DNA from: Patescibacteria group bacterium
GTDB lineage: Bacteria > Patescibacteriota > Patescibacteriia > UBA9570
Length of the DNA stretch: 64,000 nucleotides
Direction of reading: 5' to 3'
Assembly (NCBI GenBank): GCA_024277435.1
Contig: JAJRVJ010000028.1
Location: forward strand, 97,300 to 161,299
Under the pieces are notes generated by a model. The model did not search any database. It was given only the letters and a program-made list of their open reading frames with translations, and had not been told where the DNA came from. Numbering within the stretch: position 1 is the stretch's first letter; each line of letters begins with the position of its first letter. Shown one piece after another: positions 61,582-64,000 of the stretch. A program made the translations under genes and the position numbers.

Positions 61582-62979
61582 ATGAAGCGAACGCTCATTC
61601 TTGATACGCTCAACCATATTGGCGAGGAAGTACTATTAAAAGGTTGGGTACATACCCGCCGCAAAATGGGGAAAATGGTATTTATTGATCTACGTGACTA
61701 CACAGGTGTGTGTCAGGTGATTTTTTTACCGAACCATGAAGAAGCAGTTGAAGAAGCAAAAAAACTAGGAGTAGAGTTTGTAGTAGAAATTAAGGGTCGG
61801 GTAAATGCTCGTCCGGAGAAGCAGGTGAATAAAGATCTTCCAACGGGAACAGTAGAAATTGAAGCGCTTGAATTGAAGATTTTGAATGAATCCGAAACTC
61901 CACCATTTGAAATCGAAGACGAATTTAAAGAAGAAGTGAATGAAGAGTTGCGATTGAAGTATCGGTATTTAGATATTCGTCGTAAACGGATGCAGGATAA
62001 CCTTCGTTTACGTGATCGCGTGATTACATTTTTTCGTGACTACATGCACAAGAATGATTTTCTTGAAGTAGAAACTCCAATCCTTATGAAGGGAACCCCA
62101 GAGGGTGCGCGCGAATATCTTGTTCCATCTCGTATTCATCCAGGCAAAGCTTATGCGTTACCACAATCACCACAGCAGTTTAAGCAATTACTTGTTGTTG
62201 GGGGAGTGGAGAAGTACTTTCAAATCGCCCGATGTTTTCGTGATGAAGATCCGCGCGGTGATAGGCAGTTTGAATTTACACAGTTGGATTATGAAATGGC
62301 ATTTGTTACTCAAGAAGATGTGCTGGAGTTTACCGAGCCGATGTTTAAAGAGTTGGTAGCAACAATTACTCCAGAAAAACATTTAACCGATAAAACATTT
62401 CCTGTACTTACCTACGCTGAAGCGATGGAGAAGTATGGTTCGGATAAACCAGATTTACGGAAGAATCCAGACGATCCAAATGAATTAGCATTTTGTTGGA
62501 TCGTAGATTTTCCAATGTTTGAAAAATTAGAAGATGGGACTATTCAATCGATGCATCATCCATTCTGTTCAATAAAACCAGAGGATGTAGATAAGTTAGA
62601 TAATCCTGATGAGTTGTTAAGTATTCGGGCAAACTCATATGATCTTGTGCTTAATGGGTACGAGTTATCAAGTGGTAGTATTCGAATTCATGAGGCGGCT
62701 ATGCAAACTAAAGTATTTGATTTATTAGGTATTGATAAAGAAGAGCAAGAGCGTAAATTTGGCCATATGATTCAGGCGTTTAAATTTGGTGCACCACCAC
62801 ATGGTGGCTTTGCTCCTGGCATCGATCGCATCGTAATGATTCTAGCTGGTGAAGAAAGTATTAAAGATGTTATTGCCTTTCCTAAAACCAATGAGGCGCG
62901 TGACCCAATGATGGAGGCACCATCCGATATGGAAGAGGCTCAATTAGACGCATTATCACTTCAATTGAAAACTAAATAG
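61582..62979 (+). CDS. aspS: aspartyl-tRNA synthetase, bacterial type but lacking the GAD insertion domain (465 aa)
   Basis: Motifs LPQSPQQFKQLL, FRDEDPRGDRQFEFTQLD, GAPPHGGFAPGIDR. About 120 aa shorter than canonical bacterial AspRS. Confidence 0.8.
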   Translation: MKRTLILDTLNHIGEEVLLKGWVHTRRKMGKMVFIDLRDYTGVCQVIFLPNHEEAVEEAKKLGVEFVVEIKGRVNARPEKQVNKDLPTGTVEIEALELKILNESETPPFEIEDEFKEEVNEELRLKYRYLDIRRKRMQDNLRLRDRVITFFRDYMHKNDFLEVETPILMKGTPEGAREYLVPSRIHPGKAYALPQSPQQFKQLLVVGGVEKYFQIARCFRDEDPRGDRQFEFTQLDYEMAFVTQEDVLEFTEPMFKELVATITPEKHLTDKTFPVLTYAEAMEKYGSDKPDLRKNPDDPNELAFCWIVDFPMFEKLEDGTIQSMHHPFCSIKPEDVDKLDNPDELLSIRANSYDLVLNGYELSSGSIRIHEAAMQTKVFDLLGIDKEEQERKFGHMIQAFKFGAPPHGGFAPGIDRIVMILAGEESIKDVIAFPKTNEARDPMMEAPSDMEEAQLDALSLQLKTK

Positions 62980-62987
62980 CCACATCT

Positions 62988-64000
62988 ATGAAATTATTTC
63001 GCAATATTCTTCTTAGCATCGTAGCAGCAGCTACAGTGCTATTACCACTCAGCGTAAGCGCTGACGGTATGGTAGTGTCTCCATCAACAGTATATGTTGA
63101 GGAAACCGAGCAGAAGGCGGTAATTTTTTATGAGCCAACAACAGCCATGGAAACAATGGTGGTGGGTATAGCGTACGAGGGGACTGCGAACGACTTTGCT
63201 TGGCTTATTCCAACCCCTGGTAAGCCAGCTGTAGAACGTGGTTCACAACAATTATTTAGCAATCTAGAAGAGCTTACAGCTTACACCTATAGTTACAGTG
63301 AATTAGATTATGGAATTAGTGATGTACCTGCTAGTCAGGAAATAGAGAGTGGCGTAACAGTGATTGATGAATTAGCGGTGGATTATTACGATGTTGTTGT
63401 ATTGGAGGCTACCAGCAGTTTTGATCTTGTGGCATGGCTAGAGAAGAATGGCTACTACTTTCCACCAACAAATACATATATTTTGGATAGCTATATAAAA
63501 GCTGGTTGGTATTTTACTGCCATGCGCGTTAATGACACTGTGAATCAAATTGGTGTTGGAGCACAATTGCATGATGGTACAGCAACGCCTGTACAACTTA
63601 CATTCCCGGCAGCCAACATTGTATATCCATTAAGAGTTTCATCAATTGTTGATGAAGTGCGAACAACTGGAACGATTACAGATAGTATCGAGGTAGATCC
63701 ATATGCATACGATTATGGGTATTATGATGAGTATGATAGTTATAGCTACGATGATGATTATCAAGATATAAGCGTGTATGTTATTACCGATCATCGTGTA
63801 CAAGCAAGTGATACAGATTTTTGGACAAACTACGCCGATTGGGTAACAGCAGATGAAATTGAATCATGGGCAAGGGATGTAAATGGAAATCCATGGATTG
63901 AGCCGCTAGCTTCTAAATACTTTCTCACAGAGGTTTCTGCATACTTTACTACAGATGACATGAATGAGGATATATTTTTCACGCAATCATATTCTGATGA
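62988..64000 (+). CDS. secreted hypothetical protein (signal peptide; DUF2330-like), 3' partial at the window end
   Basis: Start MKLFRNILLSIVAAATVLLPLSVSA. ORF open to position 64000. Acidic Tyr/Asp-rich internal segment. Confidence 0.55.
   Translation, partial: MKLFRNILLSIVAAATVLLPLSVSADGMVVSPSTVYVEETEQKAVIFYEPTTAMETMVVGIAYEGTANDFAWLIPTPGKPAVERGSQQLFSNLEELTAYTYSYSELDYGISDVPASQEIESGVTVIDELAVDYYDVVVLEATSSFDLVAWLEKNGYYFPPTNTYILDSYIKAGWYFTAMRVNDTVNQIGVGAQLHDGTATPVQLTFPAANIVYPLRVSSIVDEVRTTGTITDSIEVDPYAYDYGYYDEYDSYSYDDDYQDISVYVITDHRVQASDTDFWTNYADWVTADEIESWARDVNGNPWIEPLASKYFLTEVSAYFTTDDMNEDIFFTQSYSD

Overview
This is a 64 kb window from a compact, low-GC (about 40%) bacterial chromosome with tightly packed and often overlapping genes. 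Ribosomal protein L30 is absent between rpsE and rplO, and the r-protein cluster ends at map, which fits a reduced Patescibacteria/CPR-like lineage. I cannot verify the lineage without searches.

On the plus strand, in order:
1. A 16-gene aromatic amino-acid supraoperon (1-14635): aroG(5' partial)-trpE-trpG-trpD-trpC-trpF-trpB-trpA-aroB-aroA::aroK-aroD::aroE-aroC-hyp-pheA-tyrA-chorismate mutase. trpG, trpD and aroB each carry one in-frame TAA at a conserved sense position.
2. A roughly 900 bp non-coding stretch (14636-15560) with a promoter-like site, a 78-nt tRNA-like element followed directly by a terminator, and long imperfect hairpins.
3. Three GC-rich islands (about 60-65% GC) of apparently foreign origin:
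   - Island A (about 15560-16285): one ORF behind a 16-bp perfect palindrome and a strong SD.
   - Island B (about 20650-23440): a divergent pair, a stand-alone cNMP-binding-domain protein and a sensor class III nucleotidyl cyclase carrying an in-frame TAG.
   - Island C (about 58390-60075): four small/medium ORFs with their own sigma70-like promoters, hairpin terminators and a 7-codon leader mini-ORF.
4. An 864-aa ATP-grasp-like::M20 peptidase fusion, a MOCOS/NifS-like PLP enzyme, an acyltransferase::HAD fusion, tdh-kbl, a ferredoxin and an M50 protease.
5. The str operon (rpsL-rpsG-fusA-[inserted TPR-like gene]-tuf) and the S10-spc-alpha ribosomal cluster (rpsJ through rplO, then secY-adk-map), with Lys-rich extensions on L23, L22 and S3.
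6. ruvX, a GT4 transferase, rplU, the convergent recR-ybaB-dnaB on the minus strand, a CapA-like protein, tRNA-Lys(UUU), a P-type ATPase, asnS, a GAD-less aspS, and a 3'-partial secreted protein.

No rRNA, CRISPR array, transposase or integrase was recognised.
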